DNA from: Lachnospiraceae bacterium
GTDB lineage: Bacteria > Bacillota > Clostridia > Lachnospirales > Lachnospiraceae
Direction: 5' to 3'
Assembly: GCA_017544285.1 (NCBI GenBank)
Contig: JAFYEL010000075.1
Location: 2,616 to 66,615, forward strand
DNA length: 64,000 bases
Within the stretch, counting starts at the first letter, position 1. Every line of letters begins with the position of its first letter. The notes under the pieces are model-generated. The model was not told the DNA's origin and ran no database searches. It worked only from the letters and a program-made list of their open reading frames with translations. Below, piece by piece: positions 18,746 to 28,153 of the stretch. The position numbers were made by a program, and so were the translations under genes.

Positions 18746-19453
18746 TCAATGTACCCGCTTCCCATCGCGGTACACCGACAGTATCTTATCCCGGTCTTCG
18801 GTATCCCGTACCATAAGCACAACATGTTCATAAGCCCGGGCATCATCCCCGCCCGTCTTAAGCAATTCATTCAAACGTAAAGACATATCCTTGGCATCGT
18901 AATCCCCCCAAACGGAGATCACAAGGGCCTCACCACTGTCCGTCATAAGGAAGTTCGTACCATAGCCTGCCTTGAGCAGATTCTTGGCCGCGGTATCAAA
19001 ACCGTCGGCGTAAGGAGATCGCTCATGGACCGGAAGCTCGTATTCTATAACGGAGGAGGAAGCAGACCTCATCTTCGAACTGCTGCCGTCATCCTTTGAA
19101 GCGGTGTCGGCAGTCTCAGCGTTCTCAGCCTCCTCGGCCTCATCCCCGAAAACCGCATCACCCGAGATCGTAGAGAGAGAAATCTCATCTTCGGCGTCGG
19201 CAGATCCCGAAACCTCATTCTCCGAAACTTCATTTCCGGAAACTTCTTCATCGGAAATTTCATCCCCCGATACCCTGTATTTCTCACGGGCCCTTTCTTT
19301 GGCCTCGTTGATAGCGTCAAGCTCCCGGGCGACGGCCTCGGCGGTCTGTTCGTCGTAGTTTATATCGTTGCCCTGAAAAAAGGGGAGAGAGCAGCCCGAA
19401 AGAACTGCCGAGATCATGGTTGAAACAAAAAGAGTTGTAAATGCCCTGCGCAT
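18746..19453 (-). CDS. Lipoprotein of unknown function with acidic repeat linker
   Basis: MRRAFTTLFVSTMISAVLSGC lipobox (start at the internal Met, 19453). Repeats EISDEEVSGNEVSENEVSGS, then a ~100-aa C-terminal globular domain. It is the only minus-strand gene inside the priA...rpe block. Confidence 0.7.
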   Translation of the reverse strand: MRRAFTTLFVSTMISAVLSGCSLPFFQGNDINYDEQTAEAVARELDAINEAKERAREKYRVSGDEISDEEVSGNEVSENEVSGSADAEDEISLSTISGDAVFGDEAEEAENAETADTASKDDGSSSKMRSASSSVIEYELPVHERSPYADGFDTAAKNLLKAGYGTNFLMTDSGEALVISVWGDYDAKDMSLRLNELLKTGGDDARAYEHVVLMVRDTEDRDKILSVYRDGKRVH

Positions 19454-19598
19454 TTTAGAAACCTCACTTATACTTCCCAAAACATTCAGTTAATCATAAG
19501 GTGAAAAAAGGCACTCTGTCAACCTTGCCTTGCCCTTTTTTTTGTTCTGTGGTACTATGTTCTGAGTGTCAAAAACACGCAGTTAAGGATTCATACAC

Positions 19599-20330
19599 AT
19601 GATAAAGACCTTTTCCCTCACCGATGTAGGGATGAAACGCAAAATCAATCAGGACTATGTATTCACCTCGGAAGAGCCCGTGGGAAATCTCCCCAACCTC
19701 TTCATCGTGGCAGACGGCATGGGCGGCCATAAGGCCGGGGATTACGCATCCCGCCGCAGCACCGAGATCATAGTCGAGAGCGTAAAGAGCTCTACGCAGA
19801 CCAGCCCCATACGGATCATCCGCGAGGCAGTGGAGGCGGCGAACGCCCACATCCACGAAGAGGCTGCACAGACCAGCGAGCTCTACGGCATGGGCACCAC
19901 CTGCGTGGTAGCTACGGTCTCCGAAGATACTCTGTATGTGGGTAACGTAGGTGACAGCCGGCTCTACCTCATAGACAGGGACATCACCCAGATCACAAAG
20001 GATCACTCCCTGGTAGAGGAAATGGTGAGAGTGGGGCAGATCGACAGAGTCAGCGCCCGCACCCATCCCGAGAAAAACATCATCACCAGAGCCGTAGGCG
20101 CGGGTGAAGAGATAAAGGTCGACTTCTTTGATGTTCATCTCAAAGAGGGCGACATCATACTCATGTGTTCCGACGGACTCTCAAACATGGTGGAGGACGA
20201 GGATATCCGTATGATAACCGCTGCATCCCCGGATCTTGCGGAGATGGCCCAGCGACTTGTAAATGAAGCAAATAACAGAGGTGGAAAGGACAACATCGCG
20301 GTAGTGGTGATAGACCCCTTCGGCAAATAA
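19599..20330 (+). CDS. stp: PP2C-family Ser/Thr protein phosphatase (Stp/PrpC)
   Basis: 'DGMGGHKAGDYAS', 'MCSDGLSN', 'GGKDNIAVVVI'. Confidence 0.92.
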   Translation: MIKTFSLTDVGMKRKINQDYVFTSEEPVGNLPNLFIVADGMGGHKAGDYASRRSTEIIVESVKSSTQTSPIRIIREAVEAANAHIHEEAAQTSELYGMGTTCVVATVSEDTLYVGNVGDSRLYLIDRDITQITKDHSLVEEMVRVGQIDRVSARTHPEKNIITRAVGAGEEIKVDFFDVHLKEGDIILMCSDGLSNMVEDEDIRMITAASPDLAEMAQRLVNEANNRGGKDNIAVVVIDPFGK

Positions 20331-20357
20331 GCCCCGCCTGTGTTTGGAGATATATCT

Positions 20358-22733
20358 ATGTTGAGTGAAGGATTGGTATTAGCGGAAAGATATGAGGTGA
20401 TCGGCAAGATCGGTGCCGGCGGCATGTCTGACGTCTATAAGGCAAAGGACCACAAGCTTAACCGCTTTGTGGCTATAAAGGTACTTAAGAGCGAGTTTTC
20501 CGAGAACAGGAGCTTTGTGTCCAAATTCCGGGTTGAGGCTCAGAGTGCCGCTATACTTATGCACCCTAATATCGTTAACGTATACGATGTAGGTGATGAA
20601 GACGGGCTCTACTATATTGTCATGGAGCTGGTAGAGGGCATCACCCTCAAAAAGTATATCGAGAAAAAGCTCCGCCTTTCCGTAAAAGAGGCGGTGAGCA
20701 TTGCCATAAACGTATCCATGGGTATCGAGTCGGCTCACAATAACCACATCATACACCGTGATATTAAACCCCAGAACATCATCATTTCAAAGGACGGCAA
20801 GGTAAAGGTTACGGACTTCGGCATCGCCAGGGCCGTTTCTTCCGACACCATCACCCAGAACGCCATGGGAAGCGTTCACTACACATCGCCCGAGCAGGCG
20901 CGCGGCGGCTACTCCGATGAAAAGAGCGATATTTATTCCCTGGGCATCACCATGTTTGAAATGCTCACGGGCCGGGTGCCCTTTGACGGCGAGACCACAG
21001 TGGCCATCGCCATAAAGCACATCCAGGAGGAACTTCCCTCACCCCGTGAATATGTGGATGACATCCCCGTTTCCGTAGAGCAGATCATCTACAAGTGCTG
21101 CCAGAAAAATGCGGCAAGGCGTTACCAGAACATGGGTGAACTCATTGTGGATCTCAAAAAATCCCTTATCACCCCCGACGAAAACTTCGTGGTCATTCCC
21201 GATCTTGAGACCAAGGGTCATACAAGGATGGCTACCACTGACGATATAGCAAGTATCCGCACCCAGACAGGGCATCTTGCATCCCTCGATGAAGAGATCC
21301 TCTCAAAGGGAAGGCCTGTAAAACGCCGCCCCGAGGAAGAGAGTGTGGAAGAGGAGTACGACGACGGCTACTATCCCGAGGAGAGCGACGGGGATTACGA
21401 TCCCGACAGCTACGAGGAGCCCGAGTACGAAGAGGAAGAGTACGAGGAAGAGGAGTACGAAGAGGAAGAGTATGAGGAGGCACCGGTGCGCACCGGCAAG
21501 CAGGCACCCGCACGCCGCAGAAAGACTCCTCCCAAGAAGCGCACAAACAAGCGCACGCCGGCTCCCGCCAAAAAGAAGAAGCGTCCCGAGCCCGCAAAGC
21601 GTCCCGTGAGGGAAAAGAAGGTAAAGGACGATTACGACGACGATTCACTGGATCCCACTACCGAGAAGATCATGAGCATCCTCGGTATAGTTGCGGCCAT
21701 TATCATAGCCTTCATCGCCATCTTTATCGCATCCAGGATGCTTGGCGTATTCAATACCGCCGAGAAGACACCGGATACGGAAGAGACCGAGGGCGAGAGC
21801 GCATCCTACGTGGTCATGCCCGCACTCACCGGCATGAGCTTTGACGATGCAAAAGCAAAGCTTACATCAATGGGACTTGAGGTCCAGGCCACCTATGTCT
21901 CCTCCGAGACCGTCGAGAAAAACCAGGTGGTGGCACAGAGCATAGCCGAGGGTGAAAACGTCCTCACCGGCAGCGTGGTGGAGCTTTCCGTAAGCTCCGG
22001 CAAAGACGGTGTGGCCATCCCCGATGTAATAGGCAAGAGCGAGGCCGAGGCCAGGGTAGCCCTTGAGCAGGAGGGCTTCGAAATGGTCAAGGATGAGAGC
22101 GCTTCCGACACCGTTCCCAAGGACTGCGTAATTTCACAGAATCCTGCGGCAGGCGAGAGCGTCCAGAAGGGAGCAACCGTCACCGTTATCATCAGTACCG
22201 GCCCTTCAAATGATAAGGTCAGCATCCCCGATCTGCGGGGCATCACCGAAGAAAATGCAAAGGCGGCACTTGCGGCTGCCGAGCTTACCGTGGGCACGGT
22301 CGCCGAGGTCAATTCCGAGACGATCCCCGTGGGCTGCGTAGTCAGCCAGAGCCCCGGCGCACTTACAGAGGTGGCAAAGGGTACGGCCGTGGATCTTTCC
22401 GTCAGCTCCGGGCCTCTTGAGAGCGAGCCTCTTATCGTGCTCTACTCATGCAACTTTAACGTAAACGCTCCCTCCGCTTATGCAGGCGGACCGGCCACCG
22501 TTTCACTGACACAGACAGAGACCGGCACGGTGCTCTTCAGGACTACCACCACCAGTTTCCCTGTGTCCATAAACCTTACCAATATACAGGGATCTCCCGA
22601 TTGTACGATATCTATCAAGTACTCGATAGACAACACCGTGATCCACGAAAACGAGGACGGCTCAATCGAGAGCCACACCAGCACCGAGGAAAAGACAGAG
22701 ACACAGCCTGTCACCCTCACAAGGCAGAGCTGA
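20358..22733 (+). CDS. pknB: Ser/Thr protein kinase with three PASTA domains (PknB/PrkC type)
   Basis: GAGGMSDVYKA...AIK, HRDIKPQN, DFG, SPEQ. A charged low-complexity linker, a TM helix (ILGIVAAIIIAFIAIFIA), three PASTA units, and an extra ~130-aa C-terminal beta domain. ATG at 20358 behind GGAG. Confidence 0.92.
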   Translation: MLSEGLVLAERYEVIGKIGAGGMSDVYKAKDHKLNRFVAIKVLKSEFSENRSFVSKFRVEAQSAAILMHPNIVNVYDVGDEDGLYYIVMELVEGITLKKYIEKKLRLSVKEAVSIAINVSMGIESAHNNHIIHRDIKPQNIIISKDGKVKVTDFGIARAVSSDTITQNAMGSVHYTSPEQARGGYSDEKSDIYSLGITMFEMLTGRVPFDGETTVAIAIKHIQEELPSPREYVDDIPVSVEQIIYKCCQKNAARRYQNMGELIVDLKKSLITPDENFVVIPDLETKGHTRMATTDDIASIRTQTGHLASLDEEILSKGRPVKRRPEEESVEEEYDDGYYPEESDGDYDPDSYEEPEYEEEEYEEEEYEEEEYEEAPVRTGKQAPARRRKTPPKKRTNKRTPAPAKKKKRPEPAKRPVREKKVKDDYDDDSLDPTTEKIMSILGIVAAIIIAFIAIFIASRMLGVFNTAEKTPDTEETEGESASYVVMPALTGMSFDDAKAKLTSMGLEVQATYVSSETVEKNQVVAQSIAEGENVLTGSVVELSVSSGKDGVAIPDVIGKSEAEARVALEQEGFEMVKDESASDTVPKDCVISQNPAAGESVQKGATVTVIISTGPSNDKVSIPDLRGITEENAKAALAAAELTVGTVAEVNSETIPVGCVVSQSPGALTEVAKGTAVDLSVSSGPLESEPLIVLYSCNFNVNAPSAYAGGPATVSLTQTETGTVLFRTTTTSFPVSINLTNIQGSPDCTISIKYSIDNTVIHENEDGSIESHTSTEEKTETQPVTLTRQS

Positions 22734-23630
22734 ATGGAAGAGTACACCGGCAGGATAGTCAGGGGAGTCGGAGGCTTCTACTATGTGGATGTGCCTCAGC
22801 GGGGCATTTTTCAGTGCAGGGCCAAGGGCCTTTTCCGCAACGAGCACATAAGGCCTCTGGTAGGCGACATGGCAAGGCTTCATGAGGTGGTTGATACCGA
22901 TGTGGAGCTTGCGGGCAGCATAGACGGCATTCTGGAAAGAAAGTCGGAGCTGCAGCGCCCGGCCATAGCAAATGTGGACAGGGCGGTTGTCATTTTTGCC
23001 GCCGCGGATCCCGACCCCAATCTTTCCCTTTTGGACAGGCTCCTGTGCGAGCTTGAACGCCAGAGTGTGGAGAGCGTGGTGTGCTTTAACAAGCGGGACT
23101 TAGCCGAATCCGCCTTTCTTGAAAGGCTTAGGGAAATATACGAAAGCGCCGGCTACAGGGTGGTCACCACCTGCGCAAAGACCGGCGAGATAAGCGAGCT
23201 TAAAGAGGCCATAAGAGGCCATGTGGCAACCCTTGCGGGGCCTTCGGGAGCGGGCAAATCCTCTGTGGTGAACCTGCTTCAGTCAAGCAGTCACATGGAG
23301 ACCGGTACCATCAGCAAAAAGCTGGGCCGGGGCCGTCATACCACAAGGCACGCACAGCTGTTTTCGGTGGACGGGTGCGAGGACACCTACATCGCCGATA
23401 CTCCCGGGTTTTCGGATATCGAACTGGGGGCAGTGGACGAGAGAGACCTGGGGGATCTTTTTCCCGAGATCCGTCCATTGAAGGATAAGTGCAGATTCGC
23501 GGGCTGTGCCCATATCAAAGAAAAGGACTGCGCTGTCAAGGCAGCGGTCAGGGAAAAACTGATTTCGCCGGAGCGCTACGGCAGCTACAAAAGCTTCTAC
23601 CAGGAGATCAAGGCGCAGAGGAGATACTGA
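22734..23630 (+). CDS. rsgA: Ribosome small subunit-dependent GTPase A
   Basis: Circularly permuted GTPase: NKRDL, GPSGAGKSS, GRHTTR, DTPGF. Zinc knuckle CRFAGCAHIKEKDCAV. Confidence 0.95.
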   Translation: MEEYTGRIVRGVGGFYYVDVPQRGIFQCRAKGLFRNEHIRPLVGDMARLHEVVDTDVELAGSIDGILERKSELQRPAIANVDRAVVIFAAADPDPNLSLLDRLLCELERQSVESVVCFNKRDLAESAFLERLREIYESAGYRVVTTCAKTGEISELKEAIRGHVATLAGPSGAGKSSVVNLLQSSSHMETGTISKKLGRGRHTTRHAQLFSVDGCEDTYIADTPGFSDIELGAVDERDLGDLFPEIRPLKDKCRFAGCAHIKEKDCAVKAAVREKLISPERYGSYKSFYQEIKAQRRY

Positions 23631-24301
23631 TGGAATATAAGCTGTCACCGTCAATACTGGCGTCAGATTTTACACAGCTTGGAAAACAGATAGAAGAGGT
23701 GGCAGAAAACGGAGCCGACTATCTGCACATCGATGTGATGGACGGGGTTTTTGTTCCCAGCATTTCCTTCGGCATGCCCCTGATCAAATCCATCCGTAAA
23801 TGCACCGACATATTTTTTGATGTGCATCTCATGATAGAGAATCCCGAGCGTTATCTGGACGCCTTCGCGGGCTGCGGGGCAGACGGCATCACCATCCACA
23901 TGGAGTCCGTTGCCGACGCCGGCACTGCGCTGCGCCGCATAAAGAGCCTGGGGCTGAGAGCCGGAGTGGCCATTAGTCCCGAGACCCCGGTTGAGACTCT
24001 CACCGCAGTTGAGGACATCGCGGACATGGTTCTGGTCATGACCGTGAAGCCCGGTTTCGGCGGACAGTCATACATCGAATCCTCCACCAAAAAGATCATT
24101 AAGGCAAGGCGTCTTTGTGACGACAGCGGCCGCAGGATCGACATCGAGGTGGACGGAGGCATCACCAGGGAAAACATAGGAAAGGTTCTTTCGGCAGGTG
24201 CCAACGTAATTGTCATGGGCTCATCCGTCTTTGGCGGAGATGTGGCCGAAAACACCGCATATTTCAGGAAAGTATTAGATGAGTACAGTCAAAAAGGCTA
24301 A
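23630..24301 (+). CDS. rpe: Ribulose-phosphate 3-epimerase
   Basis: [40 protein letters not shown]. The ATG overlaps the rsgA TGA (TGATG). The track ORF start at 23489 is a spurious extension. Confidence 0.95.
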   Translation: MEYKLSPSILASDFTQLGKQIEEVAENGADYLHIDVMDGVFVPSISFGMPLIKSIRKCTDIFFDVHLMIENPERYLDAFAGCGADGITIHMESVADAGTALRRIKSLGLRAGVAISPETPVETLTAVEDIADMVLVMTVKPGFGGQSYIESSTKKIIKARRLCDDSGRRIDIEVDGGITRENIGKVLSAGANVIVMGSSVFGGDVAENTAYFRKVLDEYSQKG

Positions 24302-25862
24302 AACATTTCTGGTTATAGGAGCAGGTCCCGCGGGCCTTACCGCAGCCTATGAGCTGCTGCGTCAGGTACCCGGCTGCAGCGTCACCGTCCTTGAAGAGAG
24401 CGAGTGCTTCGGCGGTATCTCAAAGACCGTCAACTACAAGGGCAACCGTATGGACATGGGCGGTCACCGCTTTTTCTCAAAGATAGAAAAGGTCAACAAA
24501 TGGTGGGATGACATGCTTCCCATGCAGGGCGCTCCATGCAGCGACGACATCATGATCGGGCGCGACGTAAAGCTTTTTAAAGACGGTCCCGATCCCGAAA
24601 AGACCGACGAGGTAATGCTGAGGCGCCGCAGGGTGTCCCGCATCTTCTTTGACAACAAGTTTTACGATTATCCCATTTCCTTAAAGGCAGAGACCTTGAA
24701 AAATATGGGGCCGGTGAAGACGGTTCAGGTGGGCTTTTCCTACCTTGCCGCGGTTTTGAAAAAGCTTCCCGAGACCTCCCTTGAGAATTTTTACATCAAC
24801 CGTTTCGGACGAAAGCTCTACTCAATGTTTTTTGAGTACTATACCGAGAATCTCTGGGGACGCCATCCCCGTGAGATAGATGCTTCCTGGGGAGCCCAGA
24901 GGGTTAAGGGCCTTTCCATCGTGGCCATAATCAGGGATATCTTCGGAAAGCTGTTTAAGGTCAAGGGCCGCAAGGTAGAGACCTCCCTTATCGAGGAGTT
25001 CAAATATCCGAAGCTGGGTCCCGGACAGCTGTGGGAGACCGCGGCCGAAAGGATCAGGCAGAAGGGCGGCACCATCATAACCTCGGCCAGGGTTGTAAAG
25101 ATCCGCAAGGACGAAAACAACCACATGACGGGACTGGCCTATGAAAAGGACGGAGAGCTTGTCGAGCTTTCCGGAGACGTGGTCATCTCATCCATGCCCT
25201 TAAAGGATCTGGTATGCGGCATGGACAATGTACCGGATGATATGAAGAGGATCGCAGCGGGGCTTCCCTACCGCGATTACATGACCCTGGGAGTTCTGGT
25301 GCCCAGGCTCCTTCTCAAAAACAAAACAAAGCTGAAGACCGTTTCCGGCATCGTGCCCGACTGCTGGGTCTATGTACAGGACCGCAGGGTAAAGCTGGGA
25401 CGCTTCCAGATATACAACAACTGGTCACCCTATCTGGTTAAGGATCTTAAGAATACCGTCTGGGTGGGCCTTGAGTACTTTGTAAACGAGGGCGATGAAT
25501 ACTGGAACATGAGCGAAGAGGAGTTCTCGAAGCTCGGAGTTTCCGAGATGATCCGCATCGGTCTCATCGGCAGCAAAAAGGATGTGCTGGACACCCACAT
25601 GGAAAAGATGAAGAAGGCTTACCCCGCCTACTTCGACACCTACGACGAGATAGACACCCTGGTGAATTACCTGAAGGGCATCGACAATCTCTACTGCGTG
25701 GGCCGCAACGGACAGCACCGCTACAACAATATCGACCACTCCATGTGCACCGCATTTGAGGCTGTGGCAAACATTGTCAGCGGACGTCTTGACAAGTCAA
25801 ACGTCTGGAATGTTAACACCGAAAAGGAATACCACGAGGCACAGACCAACGAGGTCGACTAA
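24279..25862 (+). CDS. NAD(P)/FAD-dependent oxidoreductase (amine-oxidase/UDP-galactopyranose-mutase-like fold)
   Basis: Rossmann dinucleotide motif [15 protein letters not shown]...LEE...GG. 527 aa with '[15 protein letters not shown]' near the C-terminus. The start overlaps the rpe stop by 23 nt. Confidence 0.75.
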   Translation: MSTVKKAKTFLVIGAGPAGLTAAYELLRQVPGCSVTVLEESECFGGISKTVNYKGNRMDMGGHRFFSKIEKVNKWWDDMLPMQGAPCSDDIMIGRDVKLFKDGPDPEKTDEVMLRRRRVSRIFFDNKFYDYPISLKAETLKNMGPVKTVQVGFSYLAAVLKKLPETSLENFYINRFGRKLYSMFFEYYTENLWGRHPREIDASWGAQRVKGLSIVAIIRDIFGKLFKVKGRKVETSLIEEFKYPKLGPGQLWETAAERIRQKGGTIITSARVVKIRKDENNHMTGLAYEKDGELVELSGDVVISSMPLKDLVCGMDNVPDDMKRIAAGLPYRDYMTLGVLVPRLLLKNKTKLKTVSGIVPDCWVYVQDRRVKLGRFQIYNNWSPYLVKDLKNTVWVGLEYFVNEGDEYWNMSEEEFSKLGVSEMIRIGLIGSKKDVLDTHMEKMKKAYPAYFDTYDEIDTLVNYLKGIDNLYCVGRNGQHRYNNIDHSMCTAFEAVANIVSGRLDKSNVWNVNTEKEYHEAQTNEVD

Positions 25863-25873
25863 AAGGAGAAAAA

Positions 25874-26824
25874 ATGCCCATACGCATCGAGAATTTCATG
25901 GGGAGCTTCGGCTTCTGGGCCCGCAAGCATTTTCCCCACCTGGCTTCAGACCTGTATCTGACCATGATGTTCGCAAGGCGCCGCAAGCAGGGACATGAAT
26001 ATATCGAGTATTTCAATTCCTTTGGGGAGGACCTTCCCCATCCAAGGGTTGTGAACCTTGAGACCATCAACAGGTGCAATTCAACCTGTGATTTCTGCTG
26101 TGCCAACAAATACAGCGACAAGCGTCCCTTCGCGAAGATGAGCGACGAGCTTTTCAAAAGCATCATCGACCAGCTGGCGGACTGGGGCTATAAAAACAGG
26201 CTCACCCTCTACGGAAACAACGAGCCCTGGATGGATACCCGGATAGTGGAGCTCCATAAGTACGCAAGGGAAAAGCTGCCGGAATACCATATTTTCATGA
26301 GCACCAACGGCCTTTTGCTGACTCCCGAAAAGGTGGATGCCATCGCGCCCTACCTCAACGAGCTCATCATAAACAATTATGCCGAGACTGAGGAGCTTCA
26401 GGAGCCCCATAAAAAGGTCTACGAGCATATAAAGAACAACCCCGAGAAGTTCAAGGATCTGGATGCCCGCATTCAGATACGCTACATCCATGAGATCTTG
26501 ACCAACAGGGCCGGGGCTGCTCCCAACAAGCCCAAGGTTGAGACGAAGGCCATAAGGGAGATCTGTCTGATGCCCTACACGGATATGTGGATCGTGCCCG
26601 ACGGAAGGCTGGGTATCTGCTGCTGTGATAACCGCGAGGTCACCACTCTGGCGGATTTAAATAAGACCCCCCTTAAGGAGGCCTGGAATTCCCCGGCGTA
26701 TAAAGAACTCAGAAAAAGAATGGAAATGCCCGGAGGAAGGGATAACTTCCCCTTCTGTAAGGGATGTGACTTTGTGGATGCGGGACTTCGTATGGACGAG
26801 GTGAGAAAAGGGCTTAAGGCTTAG
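25874..26824 (+). CDS. Radical SAM protein with C-terminal Cys-rich (SPASM/twitch-like) region
   Basis: CNSTCDFC (CxxxCxxC), 'YGNNEPW' (GGEP-like), C-terminal 'GICCCDN' and 'FCKGCDF'. It lies 11 nt after the oxidoreductase. Confidence 0.75.
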   Translation: MPIRIENFMGSFGFWARKHFPHLASDLYLTMMFARRRKQGHEYIEYFNSFGEDLPHPRVVNLETINRCNSTCDFCCANKYSDKRPFAKMSDELFKSIIDQLADWGYKNRLTLYGNNEPWMDTRIVELHKYAREKLPEYHIFMSTNGLLLTPEKVDAIAPYLNELIINNYAETEELQEPHKKVYEHIKNNPEKFKDLDARIQIRYIHEILTNRAGAAPNKPKVETKAIREICLMPYTDMWIVPDGRLGICCCDNREVTTLADLNKTPLKEAWNSPAYKELRKRMEMPGGRDNFPFCKGCDFVDAGLRMDEVRKGLKA

Positions 26825-26835
26825 GTGCCGCCCTG

Positions 26836-28056
26836 TCAGATAAGGTCGTCACCCTCGATGTAGCGCGACAGCATCACGGCTCTGTCATCCCAGGTGTGAC
26901 CGCCGGCCGCAAGTTCAAAACCTTTTTCGGAAATATGCTCCAAAAGCTCTGCGTCATGCAGGGCTTTTTCTGCTTTTACCGCAGCCTCGCCTATGTCCTC
27001 AAGGCCGTAGATAAGGCAGTTCTCACCGTCTGTGAGGATGGCGTCCAGATATTCGCTTGAATCCGTGAGACAGACGGAGCGCTGCAGCATGGAATTAAAG
27101 ATACGATCGTGCGCTCCCCTCTTGAACCAGGGCATCACATTTACGGATATCCTGGAATCGCCGATGGCCTTCAGGCAGTCCAGGGAATCGGAAAAACCGT
27201 GGTGGGTAATGTTTTCCGGATGTTTGCAGGGCAGGCTGTCCCAGCCTCCGCCGATACAGAAGACCTTAAGCCCCGCGTCGGCCAGGGCGGATACCACCTC
27301 ACCCCGGTAGTGATACCTTACGTACATGTCAAAGCACACAAGATGAGAGTATGCATCCCTGAGCATATCATCGGTTATGCCGGCGCCCTCGGCGGAAAAA
27401 AGCCTGACCATGGGCTCAAAGATCTCTTCAAAGGTGCAGTGGGGATGGGAGATGAGCTCGCCCAGAACCTTCAGATAAAAATGCTCGTACTCGGGCCCCT
27501 CCTTAGCCATATAGGAGCGGTAAAAGGCCGGATCCACCCAGCTTCCCGCCATTATCAGGTCGAATTCCCTCTCCTTTAAGGGAATGAGGGGGAACTTTGC
27601 GGGGTCAAGCATGGTGCCTGCCAGAGGCATGAAGGGCCCGCGCCTTATATCAGGATAGAACCTGGCCAGATAATCCTCGTGATTTTTATCTATGGAGATC
27701 TGGGTGTAGAGAGGTGGCAGCTGGTCCATGAACCTGTGATAGTAGAAGGGGTGATCCACTACTATATTGTAACAGGGGATCTCAAGGTCCTCCCATATAT
27801 ATCTGCCCTCATCGTCGGAGAGAAGGGGTTCGTTGCAGATGCCGTGGAAATTAAAGGCGAGCATCACGGTATTTCCCCGCTCGTAAAAGCGCAGAAGATC
27901 AAAGGAGGATGAAGCCTCCCGGTCATAGTCGAACATGAAGGTGGGATGTCCCAGCTGCTGCAGTTTTTTTTCAAGCTGAATGGAGAAAAAGCCCTGGGTC
28001 TCCACTCCGCCTTTGAACAATACTATCTTTTTCATACTATATGTAGTATATAACAA
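26836..28056 (-). CDS. CgeB-like/DUF3880-type glycosyltransferase family protein
   Basis: The C-terminal half 'GGGWDSLP...VNVMPWFKRGAHDRIFNSMLQRSVCLTDSSEYL...ENCLIYG...ISEKGFELAAGGHTWDDR' resembles CgeB-family GT-B proteins. An alternative start is at 28035 (MKKIVLF). The family call is by eye only. Confidence 0.55.
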   Translation of the reverse strand: MLYTTYSMKKIVLFKGGVETQGFFSIQLEKKLQQLGHPTFMFDYDREASSSFDLLRFYERGNTVMLAFNFHGICNEPLLSDDEGRYIWEDLEIPCYNIVVDHPFYYHRFMDQLPPLYTQISIDKNHEDYLARFYPDIRRGPFMPLAGTMLDPAKFPLIPLKEREFDLIMAGSWVDPAFYRSYMAKEGPEYEHFYLKVLGELISHPHCTFEEIFEPMVRLFSAEGAGITDDMLRDAYSHLVCFDMYVRYHYRGEVVSALADAGLKVFCIGGGWDSLPCKHPENITHHGFSDSLDCLKAIGDSRISVNVMPWFKRGAHDRIFNSMLQRSVCLTDSSEYLDAILTDGENCLIYGLEDIGEAAVKAEKALHDAELLEHISEKGFELAAGGHTWDDRAVMLSRYIEGDDLI

Positions 28057-28091
28057 AAAAAATTATTGTAGTAGCTTTTTTTTTGTCAAAA

Positions 28092-28100
28092 TGTTATAAT
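28092..28100 (+). promoter_or_regulatory. Extended -10 promoter element for the coiled-coil gene
   Basis: TGtTATAAT (28092..28100) in an AT-rich divergent intergenic region. AGGAGG SD lies 7 nt before the ATG at 28154. Confidence 0.5.
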
Positions 28101-28153
28101 GGCATTTGGGTTAAAAGATGAAGAGGAAATCTTCAATTTCAGGAGGTATATTT

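Noticed and set aside
23489-23629. N-terminal extensions in the ORF track (rpe from 23489; also 31168, 48322 minus, 49301, 57323, 4501, 12819, 20340)
   Set aside because: In each case an internal ATG or GTG with a proper Shine-Dalgarno gives the canonical family N-terminus or signal peptide. The extension overlaps the upstream gene or a promoter/terminator.
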